This document shows, in pieces, positions 63,185 to 64,000 of a stretch of 64,000 nucleotides of DNA. The notes under the pieces are model-generated. The model was given only the letters and a program-made list of their open reading frames with translations. It had not been told where the DNA came from and did not search any database. The number at the start of each line of letters is the position of its first letter. Position 1 is the stretch's first letter. Where the stretch lies: contig CM059432.1 in assembly GCA_030390025.1 (NCBI GenBank), positions 53,198,001 through 53,262,000 of the forward strand. The letters are read 5' to 3'. The position numbers and the translations under genes were made by a program. Source of the stretch: Squalus acanthias. Lineage: Eukaryota.

Positions 63185-63388
63185 AGTCGCACAACACCAG
63201 GTTATAGTCCAACAGTTTTATTTAAAATTACGAGCTTTCGGAGCTGTTGCCCCTTCGTCAGGTAACCTGACGAAGGGGCAACAGCTCTGAAAGCTCGTAA
63301 TTTTAAATAAAACTGTTGGACTATAACCTGGTGTTATGCGACTTCTCATTTTTGTCCACCCCAGTCCAACACCGGCATCTCCGCATCA
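63185..63388 (+). mobile_element. Penelope-like family A palindromic insert, copy 2
   Basis: 79-bp inverted arms (63185-63263 and 63265-63343, 2 mismatches) plus the same 3' tail. 12-bp TSD ggtctaatggtt (63173-63184 and 63389-63400). Confidence 0.9.
63228..63265 (-). ncRNA. Predicted minimal type-I hammerhead ribozyme
   Basis: UUAC-CUGACGA-A-GGGGC(AACA)GCUCC-GAAA-G-CUC^-GUAA. A near-complete mirror copy lies on the plus strand at 63263-63300. Confidence 0.72.
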
Positions 63389-64000
63389 GGTCTAATGGTT
63401 GTTCTCTGTGCATGTTTCTGTTACAATGGTTTACAGAAAGGACATAATCAAACTGGTACATAAAATCAGATGAATAATACATAATTTTTCTTTAAAGTAA
63501 AGGGACATGCTTGCACATATGTACTATGTTTTTCTATGTTTTTTTTGGCCCCAAGCCTTCTCCTACATCTGATGTATAGCTATACAGGAGGCTGAGCTGA
63601 CTTTGCGTGAGTGAGGTTGGTCCAGGCAGTGATGGCCAATTTTTATTCCTACCTGACCCATTGTATAACCACTTCTGCTATAAACAACATCATTTTATGA
63701 ATCAGGAAGTGCATGGGTGCCAGATTCACCCAGTGAATCCACTTCCATCCTAAGTAATGATCTCTGGCTTGTCCTTGCTTTAATAAGGAAAGTGGTAACA
63801 GGGTATCATGTTAACTGCACAGCCAAGGAAATAATTGAATTTTCATAGATGTGCAAACACTAATGCATCTAAACATCTCGCCTGAAATAGCTAAATTGAT
63901 TGTCCACGGAAATATCATGAATTTTCATGATTCACTTGACATGAATTTGTAAATAGTCCACTAAATAGTTCATTGTCATTGGTACATATTTATGAACACA

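Noticed and set aside
1..64000. Minus-strand excess of LINEs as evidence of an intron in a plus-strand gene
   Set aside because: Few independent insertions, several on the plus strand, and no exon support.

Overview
Eukaryotic, repeat-saturated, apparently non-genic DNA. The repeat types are typical of a cartilaginous fish (shark-like); this is inferred from repeat content, not proven. No host exon could be supported. The window is a mosaic of nested transposons. (1) Many CR1 LINEs, including a near full-length copy (zinc-finger/SGNH-esterase ORF1 plus APE-RT ORF2) in a three-level CR1-in-CR1-in-CR1 nest at 960-9000. (2) L2 and RTE LINE fragments and a tRNA-derived Deu-domain SINE. (3) A large PIF/Harbinger community: two two-gene elements (DDE transposase plus a convergent spliced Myb/SANT partner), older remnants and several MITE families with 3-bp TSDs, one of which hosts a ~5.8-kb G-rich minisatellite region. 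(4) Two families of short Penelope-like retro-inserts carrying minimal type-I hammerhead ribozyme motifs. The most notable observation is family A. It has three insertions (18745, 23709, 63185) with an identical 3' end and 11-12-bp TSDs. Two of them are near-perfect 160-180-bp palindromes centred on a hammerhead core whose stem I co-varies between copies. Almost all entries in the ORF track are TE fragments, antisense shadows or minisatellite artefacts.
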